Shown one piece after another: positions 22,710 through 33,551 of a stretch of 64,000 nucleotides of DNA. The notes under the pieces were generated by a model. That model worked only from the letters and a program-made list of their open reading frames with translations. It had not been told where the DNA came from and made no database searches. Origin of the DNA: Candidatus Cloacimonadales bacterium (lineage in GTDB: Bacteria > Cloacimonadota > Cloacimonadia > Cloacimonadales > DAONDQ01); the NCBI GenBank assembly GCA_963662275.1, contig OY759316.1, positions 1,312,001 to 1,376,000 of the forward strand. Reading direction: 5' to 3'. Numbering within the stretch: position 1 is the first letter of the stretch; each line of letters opens with the position of its first letter. The position numbers and the translations under genes were made by a program.

Positions 22710-22834
22710 AAAAGCATGTTTAATCGTATTATTTCTAATAAATTATGACCAAATTGAGTATATTGTCTTTAAGATAATTCTTGACGATAATAACTGTCAG
22801 CGAATACAAGCTCATGTTTAAAGGTTGGTGGTCC

Positions 22835-23551
22835 ATGAAAAAAGTATCTATCTTGGTCATCATCATGCTTGTTCTTATTTTGCTTTGCGGGTGTAGTCTC
22901 GTTAAACGTATTAAGAACGGTAGTGATAAAGAAGTAAAACGAACGGAAGTATATATGCTTCCAAATTGTGATCATCATTTAACAATGATCTTTAATGAGT
23001 TATTGAAGAATTTTGTCTGTAGAGATGATATCTACATTAATCTGAAAGATATCAAAGGCAGAGAACGTGGATCATTTGCCATGGATAAACATATATATAT
23101 GGAATCCCTGGAAATAAATGGTATTTCTACAGCTCTTAATGAAGTGTTTTATTTTGAACCTAAGGATTTTGGTGCCAGTGTTAGACCTTTCCGTCTGACC
23201 CAGGTGAAAAGGGACTGCAAAGTCTATGAATTCGAATATGGTAAGAAAGATATCACGTCTGATTCAGTTGCATTAACGATTAGATATACAATCAATCCCT
23301 TAGATGATTTTGATTTTTGTAAAATTTCAAAAGGATCTTTTAAACTAAATGGTAATTATGTGTGGTTTCCGAATAATCTTGCTGATTCTGTGAATGTGAA
23401 CCTGGAAGTCATTACATCAGCATCTTATACCGTGATGATGAATAATAAATTGCTGCCTTTTGTTTCGAATTCTTCTTATTTAAAGATATACCAGGCAGTT
23501 ATTAAAGATAATTTTAAACCTCTCACTCTTATCGGTGAGAAGAGACGCTAA
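22835..23551 (+). CDS. Hypothetical lipoprotein
   Basis: MKKVSILVIIMLVLILLCGC lipobox. The beta-rich body ends in a WFPN motif loosely resembling M1-peptidase N-terminal domains, but no HEXXH is present. Confidence 0.6.
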   Translation: MKKVSILVIIMLVLILLCGCSLVKRIKNGSDKEVKRTEVYMLPNCDHHLTMIFNELLKNFVCRDDIYINLKDIKGRERGSFAMDKHIYMESLEINGISTALNEVFYFEPKDFGASVRPFRLTQVKRDCKVYEFEYGKKDITSDSVALTIRYTINPLDDFDFCKISKGSFKLNGNYVWFPNNLADSVNVNLEVITSASYTVMMNNKLLPFVSNSSYLKIYQAVIKDNFKPLTLIGEKRR

Positions 23552-23621
23552 AGTAGCTCAGTGGTAGAGCAGCTGATTCGTAATCAGCAGGTCGGGGGTT
23601 CAAATCCCCCCTTTAGCTCCA
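23547..23621 (+). tRNA. tRNA-Thr (anticodon CGT), CCA encoded
   Basis: GCTAAAG/CTTTAGC acceptor stem; D-arm GCTCAGTGGTAGAGC; anticodon arm GCTGA-TTCGTAA-TCAGC; T-arm GGGGG-TTCAAAT-CCCCC; TCCA end. Confidence 0.95.
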
Positions 23622-23629
23622 TTGAAATT

Positions 23630-23655
23630 ACCCATAGCTTGCCTATGGGTTTTTT
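23630..23655 (+). terminator. Intrinsic terminator after the tRNA
   Basis: ACCCATAG-CTTGC-CTATGGGT followed by a T run. Confidence 0.7.
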
Positions 23656-23672
23656 AGTATGAGGAGATACAA

Positions 23673-24659
23673 TTGAAAGAATATAGTGCCATTGCCCTCT
23701 TTTCAGGCGGTTTGGACAGCATGTTATGTGTGTTATATATGCGCAAACTGGGGTACAAAGTGACTCCCATCTTCTTCAAATCACTTTTCTTTTCAGAAGC
23801 CAGGGCAACTGCCTCAGCAAAGTCAGCCGGATTTGATATAGAAGTAATCGATATCAGTGATGAACATCTGGAAATGCTGAAGTATCCAAAATATGGCTAC
23901 GGTAAACAATTGAATCCTTGTGTGGATTGTCATGGACTGATGTTTAAGAAAGCCGGAGAAATGCTTAAAAAGTATAATGCTGACTTCATCATTTCCGGAG
24001 AAGTGTTGGGTCAAAGACCCATGTCCCAGAGAATGGACTCTATGAATGCTGTCCGTAAGCTTAGCGAAGTAAAGGACGTGATCATCAGACCTCTCTGCCA
24101 GCAACTCTTACCCGATACTCTCCCCATTAAGGAAGGCTGGGTCAATAAAAATGAAATGCTATGCTTTTCTGGACGTGGTAGAAAGAATCAGATCAAGCTC
24201 GCTGCAGAATTAGGTCTTGAAGAATGGCAGGCACCCGCGGGTGGCTGTTCTTTGACTGACAAGAACATGGTGAAAAGACTCTTGGATTTGATTCATCATG
24301 ATCAATTGGAAAGGAATCACATCAAGTATCTGCAAATTGGGCGTCATTTCCGCCTGACACCGAAAACAACCATGATCATGGGGCGTGATGAAGGGGAGAA
24401 TACAATCTTATTTGAAATGCTGGGTGATGATATTTATCTCTGGAACACTGAAATTGCCGGACCTCTCTCTGTCATTGTAGCTAATGAAGAAATTACCCAA
24501 GAGCTATTGAAGTTAGCTGCTTCCCTTACGCTAGGCTATAACAAGCACTTGGATGATGAAAATGGAACGATACAGTATGGAAACAAGGACAGTATGATCG
24601 GTTCCCTGGATGTCACTGCACTCAGTCCTGATATGATAAAGCAATATCGGATTCAATGA
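23673..24659 (+). CDS. PP-loop tRNA sulfurtransferase-like protein (ThiI/MnmA-related)
   Basis: LFSGGLDS; NPCVDCH; SGEVLGQRPMSQ; PAGGCSLTD; GRHFR; TTG start with AGGAG RBS. Confidence 0.8.
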   Translation: MKEYSAIALFSGGLDSMLCVLYMRKLGYKVTPIFFKSLFFSEARATASAKSAGFDIEVIDISDEHLEMLKYPKYGYGKQLNPCVDCHGLMFKKAGEMLKKYNADFIISGEVLGQRPMSQRMDSMNAVRKLSEVKDVIIRPLCQQLLPDTLPIKEGWVNKNEMLCFSGRGRKNQIKLAAELGLEEWQAPAGGCSLTDKNMVKRLLDLIHHDQLERNHIKYLQIGRHFRLTPKTTMIMGRDEGENTILFEMLGDDIYLWNTEIAGPLSVIVANEEITQELLKLAASLTLGYNKHLDDENGTIQYGNKDSMIGSLDVTALSPDMIKQYRIQ

Positions 24660-25309
24660 AGGAGTTCACGATGAAGTATGAAACGCATATATTATTAAAA
24701 GATTATGAAACGAACACTTATCTGTGCTGGGATGAAGTATCTCTTGAAGCTTTTCTTATTGATCCTGCTGCCCCTTCACAGCCTCTTTGGAACGAGATTA
24801 TGAAAAAAGGACTCACATTGAAATATATCATTACTACCCATGGACATGCTGATCATATTGGTGGTAATGAATTCTTTCGTGATCAGTCTGGTGCGATCCT
24901 GGCGATTCATTCAGAGGAAGCGGATCACTTTGTTAATGCGGATAAGAATTTGTCGGCATATGCAGGTCTAAGTATCATATCTCCCAAGGCTGACCTGATT
25001 TTATTGGCTGGAGATGTTCTCAAATTAGGTGAGAAAACATTCGAGGTCATTCATACACCTGGACATACTGAAGGTGGTATCTGTTTATTTGGGGAAGGAC
25101 TTCTATTCAGCGGAGACACTTTATTCCAGGAGGATGTTGGAAGAACAGATTTACCCGGTGGAAGCAGTTCAAAATTACGAAATTCGATTCAAAATGTTCT
25201 TTTCCTTCTCCCTGAAGAAACTATCGTTTTACCCGGTCATGGTCCTTCAACCACAATTGGTGAGGAAAAAGTAGGTAATTTATACTTCGGACTTGCAGCT
25301 CGCTTATAG
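24656..25309 (+). CDS. Metallo-beta-lactamase-fold hydrolase (glyoxalase II/YcbL-like)
   Basis: THGHADHIG; HTPGHT; FSGDTLF..VGRTDLPGG; PGHG..TTIG.E. Confidence 0.9.
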   Translation: MKEFTMKYETHILLKDYETNTYLCWDEVSLEAFLIDPAAPSQPLWNEIMKKGLTLKYIITTHGHADHIGGNEFFRDQSGAILAIHSEEADHFVNADKNLSAYAGLSIISPKADLILLAGDVLKLGEKTFEVIHTPGHTEGGICLFGEGLLFSGDTLFQEDVGRTDLPGGSSSKLRNSIQNVLFLLPEETIVLPGHGPSTTIGEEKVGNLYFGLAARL

Positions 25310-25390
25310 CTTGTAGGGGTCAGCATCAGCAGACCCATTCCTCCCTTCAGATGAAGGCAGGGTACGGTTACTGAGCGTAGTCGAAGTATT

Positions 25391-26060
25391 AGCTTGCGCT
25401 GTATGTCTGTCGGTAGTCGCTGTCTTTAGCTTGCGCTGTTTGTTTGTCGGTGGGCGCTGTCTTTAGCTTGCGCTGTTTGTCTGTCGGTAGGCGCTGTCTT
25501 TAGCTTGCGCTGTTTGTCTGTCGGTAGGCGCTGTCTTTAGCTTGCGCTATTTGTCAGTCGGTAGTCGCTGTCTTTAGCTTGCGCTATTTGTCAGTCGGTA
25601 GTCGCTGTCTTTAGCTTGCGCTATTTGTCAGTCGGTAGTCGCTGTCTTTAGCTTGCGCTGTTTGTCTGTCGGTAGGCGCTGTCTTTAGCTTGCGCTATTT
25701 GTCTGTCGGTAGTCGCTGTCTTTAGCTTGCGCTGTTTGTTTGTCGGTGGGCGCTGTCTTTAGCTTGCGCTGTTTGTCTGTCGGTAGGCGCTGTCTTTAGC
25801 TTGCGCTGTTTGTCTGTCGGTAGGCGCTGTCTTTAGCTTGCGCTATTTGTCAGTCGGTAGTCGCTGTCTTTAGCTTGCGCTATTTGTCAGTCGGTAGTCG
25901 CTGTCTTTAGCTTGCGCTATTTGTCAGTCGGTAGTCGCTGTCTTTAGCTTGCGCTGTTTGTCTGTCGGTAGGCGCTGTCTTTAGCTTGCGCTGTTTGTCA
26001 GTCGGTAGGCGCTGTCTTTAGCTTGCGCTTTTACGATAACCTGAAGGATACCACTACCGC
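25391..26060. repeat. Tandem array of 17 complete 37-bp REP-like units plus one terminal partner REP
   Basis: Unit AGCTTGCGCT(G/A)TTTGTC(T/A)GTCGGTAG(G/T)CGCTGTCTTT at 25391+37n up to 25983, with a partial unit at 26020. It is followed by AACCTGAAGGATACCACTACC, the other half of the 61-bp unit. Confidence 0.92.
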
Positions 26061-26083
26061 AACCCCTACAATGGAGGAAAAGG

Positions 26084-27625
26084 ATGTTTCATCATGAATT
26101 GATCCTGATCTTGGATTTCGGGTCACAATACACGCAACTGATAGCCAAGACCATTCGCAGCCTGCATATTTACTGTGAGATCGTTCCCTATAATATCAGT
26201 TATGAATCTACTCTGGAAAAGAACCCATATGCTTTGATTCTTTCAGGCAGTCCCTCTAGTGTGACGCATCAAGATGCTCCCATACCAGATATCAATATCC
26301 TGAAACTCCCTATCCCTATCCTGGGTATCTGTTATGGAATGCAGCTCTTATCTCATTTGGGTGGAGCAAAGGTAGAATCTGCTGACAAGAAGGAATATGG
26401 CTTTGCTGAATTCCATCCGGATATGGCGAATCCCTTATTTGATAACTTATCTGAAAAAGAGATAGTCTGGATGAGTCACGGTGACAGTGTAATTGAACTG
26501 GCAGAAGGTTATAGACTAATTGGGGAAAGCGAAAATACCCCTATTGCTGCAATCGCACATATTGAAAAACCAATCTTCGGCTTGCAGTTTCATCCTGAAG
26601 TTGTCCATACAAGGAATGGAAAGCAAATCATATCCAATTTCTTTATCAATATTGCAAAATGTTCCTGCGATTGGACTTCAATTTCTTTTATCGATAGCTC
26701 AGTGCAAAAAATACGTGAGCAGGTAGGGGAGAAGAAGGTTATTCTTGGTCTCAGCGGAGGAGTGGATTCTTCCGTTGCAGCCAGTTTGTTATATAAAGCC
26801 ATAGGGAATCAACTGATCCCCGTCTTTGTTGATACTGGTCTTTTAAGGAAAAATGAAGCACAGGATGTGATAGATATCTTCATGCATGGATTTGGACTAC
26901 CCCTGGATGTTGTGTATGCCGGAAATATGTTTTTGGAGCGTTTGAAGGGAATTACTGATCCGGAGTTGAAAAGAAAGATCATTGGACAGACATTCATAGA
27001 AATCTTCGAACGGGAAGCAGGCAAATACCAGGACATCTCTTTCCTGGCTCAGGGTACTCTTTACCCTGATGTGATTGAGAGTGTTTCCTTCAAAGGACCG
27101 TCTGCCACGATCAAAACCCATCATAATGTAGGCGGATTACCGGATATTATGAAACTTCAGCTTGTCGAACCGCTTCGCGAATTATTCAAGGATGAAGTCC
27201 GTGCTGTAGGCAGGGAGTTAGGTTTACCGGAACTATTGATCAAACGCCACCCTTTCCCCGGACCGGGTTTAGCCGTGAGAATCCTCAGTGATATTACACC
27301 TGAGAAAGTCACCTTACTCCAGGAAATAGATTATATCTTTATCTCTGAATTATTAGAACAAAACCTCTACGATTCCATCTGGCAGGCATTTGCCGTATTA
27401 CTCCCTGTGCAATCGGTCGGTGTCATGGGGGATGAACGCACCTACGAATATGTGTGCGGTTTACGTGCTGTGAACAGTTCCGACGGTATGACAGCCGATT
27501 GGACAGAACTGCCGTATTCTTTCCTCAAACGCGTTTCCAATCGTATCATCAATGAAGTGAAAGGTGTGAATCGGGTCGTTTATGATATCAGCTCCAAACC
27601 TCCGGCTACCATCGAATGGGAGTAA
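26084..27625 (+). CDS. guaA: GMP synthase (glutamine-hydrolysing)
   Basis: [66 protein letters not shown]. Confidence 0.98.
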   Translation: MFHHELILILDFGSQYTQLIAKTIRSLHIYCEIVPYNISYESTLEKNPYALILSGSPSSVTHQDAPIPDINILKLPIPILGICYGMQLLSHLGGAKVESADKKEYGFAEFHPDMANPLFDNLSEKEIVWMSHGDSVIELAEGYRLIGESENTPIAAIAHIEKPIFGLQFHPEVVHTRNGKQIISNFFINIAKCSCDWTSISFIDSSVQKIREQVGEKKVILGLSGGVDSSVAASLLYKAIGNQLIPVFVDTGLLRKNEAQDVIDIFMHGFGLPLDVVYAGNMFLERLKGITDPELKRKIIGQTFIEIFEREAGKYQDISFLAQGTLYPDVIESVSFKGPSATIKTHHNVGGLPDIMKLQLVEPLRELFKDEVRAVGRELGLPELLIKRHPFPGPGLAVRILSDITPEKVTLLQEIDYIFISELLEQNLYDSIWQAFAVLLPVQSVGVMGDERTYEYVCGLRAVNSSDGMTADWTELPYSFLKRVSNRIINEVKGVNRVVYDISSKPPATIEWE

Positions 27626-27750
27626 GCAGAGAATCAAAAATTATGAATTGCAGAGTAGGGGTTTGCGGTAGTAAACCCGTCTGATTAATAAGTCCGAACC
27701 AAGATAAGAACATGATATAAGATATGTACCAGCCACAATCAATTTCTTCG

Positions 27751-30093
27751 CTATTTCACTTTTATCATCTTTTTAGTATAGCTGTGCCCCGGTTTATCCA
27801 CTTTGCAGAAATAGACACCCGAGGCGGTCGATTTGCCGTTATCATCCAAACCATTCCAGGTGAGTTGAATCGTACCGGCACACATTTTACCCGCTGCGAG
27901 TGTTTTGACCTGCTGCCCGCGGATATTATAGATATTGATTACGATATCATCAGGTGCAGGTAAATCAAATTCTATCTTTGTGCTTTCCCGGAAAGGGTTA
28001 GGATAAATCCTGATATTGGATACATCCGCAATAGGTGTTGTATCATCATGAACATCTACAGAACCGTATTCATAACAGCCCATATCTACACCATTCCCAT
28101 GAACCCGCGGAGCGCCGTTCAGATCATAGGGATACAACCCGCCCGGTACATCAGTTGTCCCTGCATCGATACAGGGAGAACCGAAGGCTAGTTCATATGG
28201 TTTTTCAGTATTATCTGAATTGAATAAAGGCAATTCATTAATATTCCCTTCCTGCCAATAAATAGTTCCCCACCAGTCTTCATTGAAAACTCCATCAATT
28301 CCATCTTTCACATTACAGTGATTAAAAGCCACGTGATTAACAGGGGGATTTGGTTCAAACGGATGCAGCAGAAATACCTGGTGAGATGTATCATTAGCAA
28401 AAATACAGTTCCAGAAGTTCACAGAGTCCGCACAAATCTGCACTGCTGCACTGGGGCTTTCGTTATCAGCAAATGTACAATTAATGATATCATAAGGTCC
28501 TTTTCCAGAGAAAATAATTGGTCTGCCTTTATATAGTGCATCCGAATATGTACTTTGGTTATCTGTGAAAAGGCAGTTTTCGATGCGATATCTAGGAAAA
28601 TCAAACTGAGTACTTGTTAAAACAACAGAAGCCCCTCCGTATTGTGTGTTATCAGAATTGTTCTGAAAAATGCAATTTCTAATCTGAGCGTTACGTGAAG
28701 CATCAATTCGCAAAGCGCCTCCCTGATCCCAATCGACCTGGAATGCCTGGTTATTCCTGAAAGTAGAGTTTTCAAGATTGGCTTCAGCAACTTCGTTTAG
28801 CATTATGCCTGAAATTCCTTCCAAACCATTATTATTTGAAATAGTTATACTTTTGAATTTGCATACTTCTATACAACCCAATGAAATTGCAGGGACCATT
28901 TTTGAAGTGCAGTTTTCTATTTTTATGTTCTCAAAATAGATATCTGTTGAAAATGCACCACTAATTGCTGCTCTATAGCTTTCGTGTTCAAAATTAGCGA
29001 AACTTAAGTTTTTGAAAACAAAATTGACTATGCCTCTTGGAATGCAGAGCATAGGATAATGGCTATTACCATTGATAATTGTGTTTTCTAGCGACTGTCC
29101 TATCACTTTAACATATGATTTTGCGCTTAATGGTAATTTCTGGTTGTTTGTTACCATGGAATACATCCCATTTGCGATATGTACAGTTTTGGGATTAAGG
29201 CTATCACTGGCTATATTATGCAATGCCCACGCTATAGTTTTCAATGGAGATGCTGAAGTAAGTCCATCGTTATGATCATCACCATCAGTTGCCACGTAGA
29301 AATCATGATTGACAGGTGTTAATAGGGCATGATGGATGTCAAAATTATACAAATAGATATCTTCGATGAAGTTGACTTGTGTTTCCGCATAGTATCTATC
29401 CGGATTTATGACTGTGAAAGTATCCACTATCACATTAACAGTCATTGGTAAATCACAGCTTAAAATGTCAGTTCCCTGCCCTGAATAATTGTTATAGATA
29501 CTGCATCGCTCATTCGCATCCATTGTAAAACCAATTTCATCACCTTGAAGACAAATACCACCGCCACCTGCTGTGGCGAGATTATTAAAAAGTGAAGTCC
29601 CTTTCAGACTTACACTTCCACGCCAAACAAATAATCCGCCTCCAAACTCTGTTTCATTAGCGAATATTCGACAATCTTCAATTGATAACGTGCTATAATA
29701 TCCAATAAGAATGCCTCCTCCGTCATCGAAGTAATAGCAATGTTCCCCTGACCCATTGGTAATGGAGAAGCCGATTATTCTCGCGGAAGTTTCTCCGCTC
29801 ATCACACGTACACAACAGCCCATTCGTTGACCGTCAATAATTGTAGTCCCGATATAGACACGATCATTTGTCGTGAACTTCAGACTGGCAACTGTAATGT
29901 TTTTGCCGTTAAAATCAATGTTCTCCAAATACCTGCCCGGATGGACAAGTACCAAGTCACCATTATTAGAGGCATTGATGGCTGCCTGGATGGTTGGATA
30001 ATTCCCCAGCCCATCCTGTCTGACTGTGATCGTAATTGCACTTAGTGATACTATTGAGAGCGTAACAATGATCAGCAGCATGAATTTTAACAT
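27751..30093 (-). CDS. Secreted beta-helix/DUF1565-like protein with FlgD-Ig/T9SS-A-like CTD
   Basis: Signal peptide; YPTIQAAIN...GD.VLV.PG.Y.ENI; FYVATDGDDHNDG...PLKTI; SPCIDAG..DLNG.PRV.G..VDMGCYE; IYPNPF...IYNIRGQQVKTL...WNG.DDNG...ASGVYF. Confidence 0.87.
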   Translation of the reverse strand: MLKFMLLIIVTLSIVSLSAITITVRQDGLGNYPTIQAAINASNNGDLVLVHPGRYLENIDFNGKNITVASLKFTTNDRVYIGTTIIDGQRMGCCVRVMSGETSARIIGFSITNGSGEHCYYFDDGGGILIGYYSTLSIEDCRIFANETEFGGGLFVWRGSVSLKGTSLFNNLATAGGGGICLQGDEIGFTMDANERCSIYNNYSGQGTDILSCDLPMTVNVIVDTFTVINPDRYYAETQVNFIEDIYLYNFDIHHALLTPVNHDFYVATDGDDHNDGLTSASPLKTIAWALHNIASDSLNPKTVHIANGMYSMVTNNQKLPLSAKSYVKVIGQSLENTIINGNSHYPMLCIPRGIVNFVFKNLSFANFEHESYRAAISGAFSTDIYFENIKIENCTSKMVPAISLGCIEVCKFKSITISNNNGLEGISGIMLNEVAEANLENSTFRNNQAFQVDWDQGGALRIDASRNAQIRNCIFQNNSDNTQYGGASVVLTSTQFDFPRYRIENCLFTDNQSTYSDALYKGRPIIFSGKGPYDIINCTFADNESPSAAVQICADSVNFWNCIFANDTSHQVFLLHPFEPNPPVNHVAFNHCNVKDGIDGVFNEDWWGTIYWQEGNINELPLFNSDNTEKPYELAFGSPCIDAGTTDVPGGLYPYDLNGAPRVHGNGVDMGCYEYGSVDVHDDTTPIADVSNIRIYPNPFRESTKIEFDLPAPDDIVINIYNIRGQQVKTLAAGKMCAGTIQLTWNGLDDNGKSTASGVYFCKVDKPGHSYTKKMIKVK

Positions 30094-30110
30094 CTTTTCT
30101 CCAGGATTAT

Positions 30111-30137
30111 CAGGCAGAGAGTCCAGCTCTCTGCCTG
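30111..30137 (-). promoter_or_regulatory. Conserved 5' leader stem-loop (copy 4)
   Basis: CAGGCAGAGAG-loop-CTCTCTGCCTG just upstream of the GGAG RBS of 27751-30093. Confidence 0.6.
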
Positions 30138-30270
30138 CATCATGTTTTGTCTCTTTACTTCTGTTTATATTGATACACGTTTTAGGATATTAAGTAACTT
30201 TTATCAGGTGTTAGAGATGAATCATCGCCTTCGCAAGGATGACAGTGCTGTTATTCTGATCTTCTGCCCC

Positions 30271-30613
30271 AGCACCTGGCACCTAGCACCTAGCACCTAG
30301 CACCTAACACCTAACACCTAGCACCTAGCACCTGGCACCTAGCACCTGGCACCTAACACCTAACACCTAGCACCTAACACCTAACACCTAGCACCTAACA
30401 CCTAACACCTAGCACCTAACACCTAACACCTAGCACCTAACACCTAACACCTAGCACCTAACACCTAACACCTAACACCTAACACCTAGCACCTAACACC
30501 TAGCACCTAGCACCTAACACCTAGCACCTAGCACCTAACACCTAACACCTAGCACCTAACACCTGGCACCTAGCACCTAGCACCTGGCACCTAGCACCTG
30601 ACACCTAGCACCT
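30271..30613. repeat. Heptamer tandem repeat (R)CACCT(R), about 49 units
   Basis: GCACCTA/ACACCTA/GCACCTG repeated contiguously just downstream of the stop of 30622-33114. Confidence 0.95.
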
Positions 30614-30621
30614 TCTGCAAC

Positions 30622-33114
30622 CTATTTCAGCAGCATCAGCTTTTCCATGACCTGGTGTTCAGCAGTCTGCAAGCGGGCAAAATAAATACTGCTGCTCACT
30701 GCTTCACCATTTTCATTATTGCCGTCCCATTTGATTTTGTGAGAACCTTCAGTTTGCCAGCCATCCCACAAATTTTTTACCAGTTGTCCCTTCACATTAT
30801 AAATCTGCAGGGAAGACGAACCGGCTTTAACAGTATTGTACTCAATGACAGTACTGGGATTGAAAGGATTGGGATAACAGGTCATTCGTATCGGTACTTC
30901 TGTAGCAGGTGTCATGAATGATAGCTCGGTGCTGGCATAGAGGTAATCATCACCCTTATGAAGCTTCAGAGGCGACTGTGTAATGACCCTGGTTTGAGGA
31001 TCATAGACGTAGGCTGTGGAAATGTGCTGCAGTCCGGCTTTCGATTCATAGTATTTGACAATTTCCAGTTCCGTGTCTTCCGGAAGATCAAGGACATAAG
31101 CATTGATTTCCATCAGCGTATCATCAACAACCGAAGCTCCTTTGCAGACACCGTCCGCATAGACAGCGACCTCTTTCAAGCCGGTTTCTGCTCCGAGAGC
31201 GATAAAGACCGGCAGATAATCCGCTTTCTCATCGAAGGTGAAATATTCCGGTATTTCCCTGACTACATGAGGTATTGGTCTAATCCGATTCCAGATAAAA
31301 CTCGGAACTTCATTATAGCATTTAATGATTGCCATATCACCATAATTGAACTGTCTTTTTCCGCTGGAAATCATCCAGCCGTCTTTAGTTCTTGCCATAA
31401 ACCAGGTTTGGGTTTGAATCGAATACACATTTGCCCAGATGGAAGCCAGGGCTTTTTCCGGGGACTGGGATTCCGGCAGAAAATAGCCAACCCAGTTTTC
31501 AATGCGGTTGCCATACAGGTGAAGCGGTGTATCCGGTGAACATCTCGGTGCTGTGATCGAAAGCTCAGAATAATCTGCGGGTGTTGTAATCAGAGCTTTG
31601 TATCCCTGGGGAGAAGTGAGTATATGTAACTGATTTGTCCATTGAGAACCATCCCAATAGTAATAGTTCTGGGTTCCCACTACACTCCATTCTTCATGAC
31701 CAAGAACACTTGTGTTGGCAAGATGTTCCATGACATTTCCAATCTGAGGATTCGTGTCATAGACATCCAGGACGGGATAACAGAGCCAGGTCCAGCCATG
31801 ATGGATGGAATCAGTACCGTAGAACTTGTAGTTGCGTGTTTCCTGGGATACAGGTAATGCTCCCATATCACTACGGGTATTATCAGCATCAGGAAGTTCA
31901 GGATCACCCGCATCAATGCATGGGCTTTTACAGTTTGGTTCCCAGGTTAGCGAGAAGTCATCAGCCTCCAGGTTCTTAAACCCGGGATCAAGATTAATAG
32001 TGCCTGTGTTAATCGTCGGATACACGGTATTACCAATATCGCAATAGGTAATTGTCTGGGGATATTCATTGCTGGAACCAAACGCGCCATTAGTTGCCAG
32101 TTGTATGGGCAGGTCATTATGCATCGCATCCTGGTTATGATAAATAATGCAATTGCTTAAAACTGCCTGTCCGCCCAGATTGCCGGAAGCTCTCTCAAAA
32201 TAAACGCCGACAGCATTGGTAGATGATATGTGATTATGAGCAACTGTGCAATAATCCATGATAAATCTCACCTTGTCGGGACCTAAAAAGTTGAATGCAT
32301 CCGCTGCATAGATGGCACAGGAATGGGAGAAGTTATCGTATACCTGGCAACTGCCGAATAGTACATTGAAGGCATTTGACTGATTTGCTGCAGCATGATT
32401 TACTTCAAATGCCCCGGCATATCCTGCAGGAGCAGAATTTGTATAAATCCCGCACGCCTGGATTGTATGCGTACCTTCTTCAATATACAAGCCCCCTCCG
32501 GAACTGTCATACCCTCCGTCATCTGCAACTGAATTGCTGTATATTTTACAATTTGTAATGCTGCTGCTTCCCCGCATGAGGGCAATGCCTCCGCCATGAA
32601 GAGCAGTATTATTCCTGATATCGCAATGATCAATATTTACATTTATGGCATTTTTACAGAATACTCCGCCGCCTCTGCGCTCATTATGCCCATTTGCCGA
32701 AATTAATGTACCACCGCCATTTTTCAGTGTGAAACCTTTCAGATAAATGCTTACACCCGGAGTGACACAATTAATGATCTCACAGGCGGAATCAGTGAAT
32801 TGAGTTCCCGTGTTTCCGTGGATCATGGTGGAGCCGATAAAATTGGTAATATACGCTTCACAGTAACGGCTCTCAATCGTCAGGTTAGATGTCCTTCCTG
32901 AAATGATAATCGGTCCATAGTCACCGGGATAAACAATGATCCTGACAGCCTCGTTAGGATTCATACACGAAATTGCCGTATAAATTTGCTGGAATGGAGA
33001 GGCAAGCGTACCTATCCCGCCGGTTGAAGATGTGATGTTGACATAAAGTGTTTGAAGTGAGAATAAGATAGAAGTGAGCGTGAGCAGCGTTCCCAAGAAA
33101 ATGACTCGTTTCAT
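30622..33114 (-). CDS. Secreted beta-helix protein with conserved unknown module and FlgD-Ig/T9SS-A-like CTD
   Basis: Signal peptide; G.GTLASPFQQI; GGG-rich beta-helix repeats; SPCIDAGDP..D.DNTRSDMGA; module shared with the 1547-aa protein; CYPNPFNP...IYNVKGQLVK; GGAGG RBS. Confidence 0.87.
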   Translation of the reverse strand: MKRVIFLGTLLTLTSILFSLQTLYVNITSSTGGIGTLASPFQQIYTAISCMNPNEAVRIIVYPGDYGPIIISGRTSNLTIESRYCEAYITNFIGSTMIHGNTGTQFTDSACEIINCVTPGVSIYLKGFTLKNGGGTLISANGHNERRGGGVFCKNAINVNIDHCDIRNNTALHGGGIALMRGSSSITNCKIYSNSVADDGGYDSSGGGLYIEEGTHTIQACGIYTNSAPAGYAGAFEVNHAAANQSNAFNVLFGSCQVYDNFSHSCAIYAADAFNFLGPDKVRFIMDYCTVAHNHISSTNAVGVYFERASGNLGGQAVLSNCIIYHNQDAMHNDLPIQLATNGAFGSSNEYPQTITYCDIGNTVYPTINTGTINLDPGFKNLEADDFSLTWEPNCKSPCIDAGDPELPDADNTRSDMGALPVSQETRNYKFYGTDSIHHGWTWLCYPVLDVYDTNPQIGNVMEHLANTSVLGHEEWSVVGTQNYYYWDGSQWTNQLHILTSPQGYKALITTPADYSELSITAPRCSPDTPLHLYGNRIENWVGYFLPESQSPEKALASIWANVYSIQTQTWFMARTKDGWMISSGKRQFNYGDMAIIKCYNEVPSFIWNRIRPIPHVVREIPEYFTFDEKADYLPVFIALGAETGLKEVAVYADGVCKGASVVDDTLMEINAYVLDLPEDTELEIVKYYESKAGLQHISTAYVYDPQTRVITQSPLKLHKGDDYLYASTELSFMTPATEVPIRMTCYPNPFNPSTVIEYNTVKAGSSSLQIYNVKGQLVKNLWDGWQTEGSHKIKWDGNNENGEAVSSSIYFARLQTAEHQVMEKLMLLK

Positions 33115-33266
33115 TTTTTTCCTCCGTGGATTTTCCTAAAACGTGTATGCCTTAATAGTAATCATTATAATTATATGTCAAGAAAAAGATGAAAATAAAT
33201 TAATAATTAAATACAAATTGAATAAGATGTTTATTATCACAAGATGGATCATTTGCACCCTATAGC

Positions 33267-33514
33267 GGAACGCTGTTTTCAAAAGACTATACTTAACTTG
33301 GAACGCTGTTTTCAAACGGCTGTGCTTCTTGGAACGCTGTTTTCAAACGGCTATGCTTCTTGGAACACTGTTTTCAAACGGCTGTGCTTCTTGGAACGCT
33401 GTTTTCAAACGGCTATGCTTCTTGGAACACTGTTTTCAAACGGCAATGCTTCTTGGAACGCTGTTTTCAAACGGCTATGCTTCTTGGAACGCTGTTTTCA
33501 AACGGCAATGCTTC
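33267..33514. repeat. Tandem array of eight ~31-bp units
   Basis: GGAACGCTGTTTTCAAACGGCTATGCTTCTT at 33267 (diverged), 33300, 33331, 33362, 33393, 33424, 33455 and 33486. Confidence 0.92.
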
Positions 33515-33551
33515 CAGATAAACTACTATCATTCCACTTAATTGATACCAA

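Noticed and set aside
25391..26030. CRISPR array (37-bp periodicity); likewise the 61-bp and 31-bp arrays
   Set aside because: Units are contiguous with only a few recurring variants, there are no unique spacers, and no cas genes are in the window.
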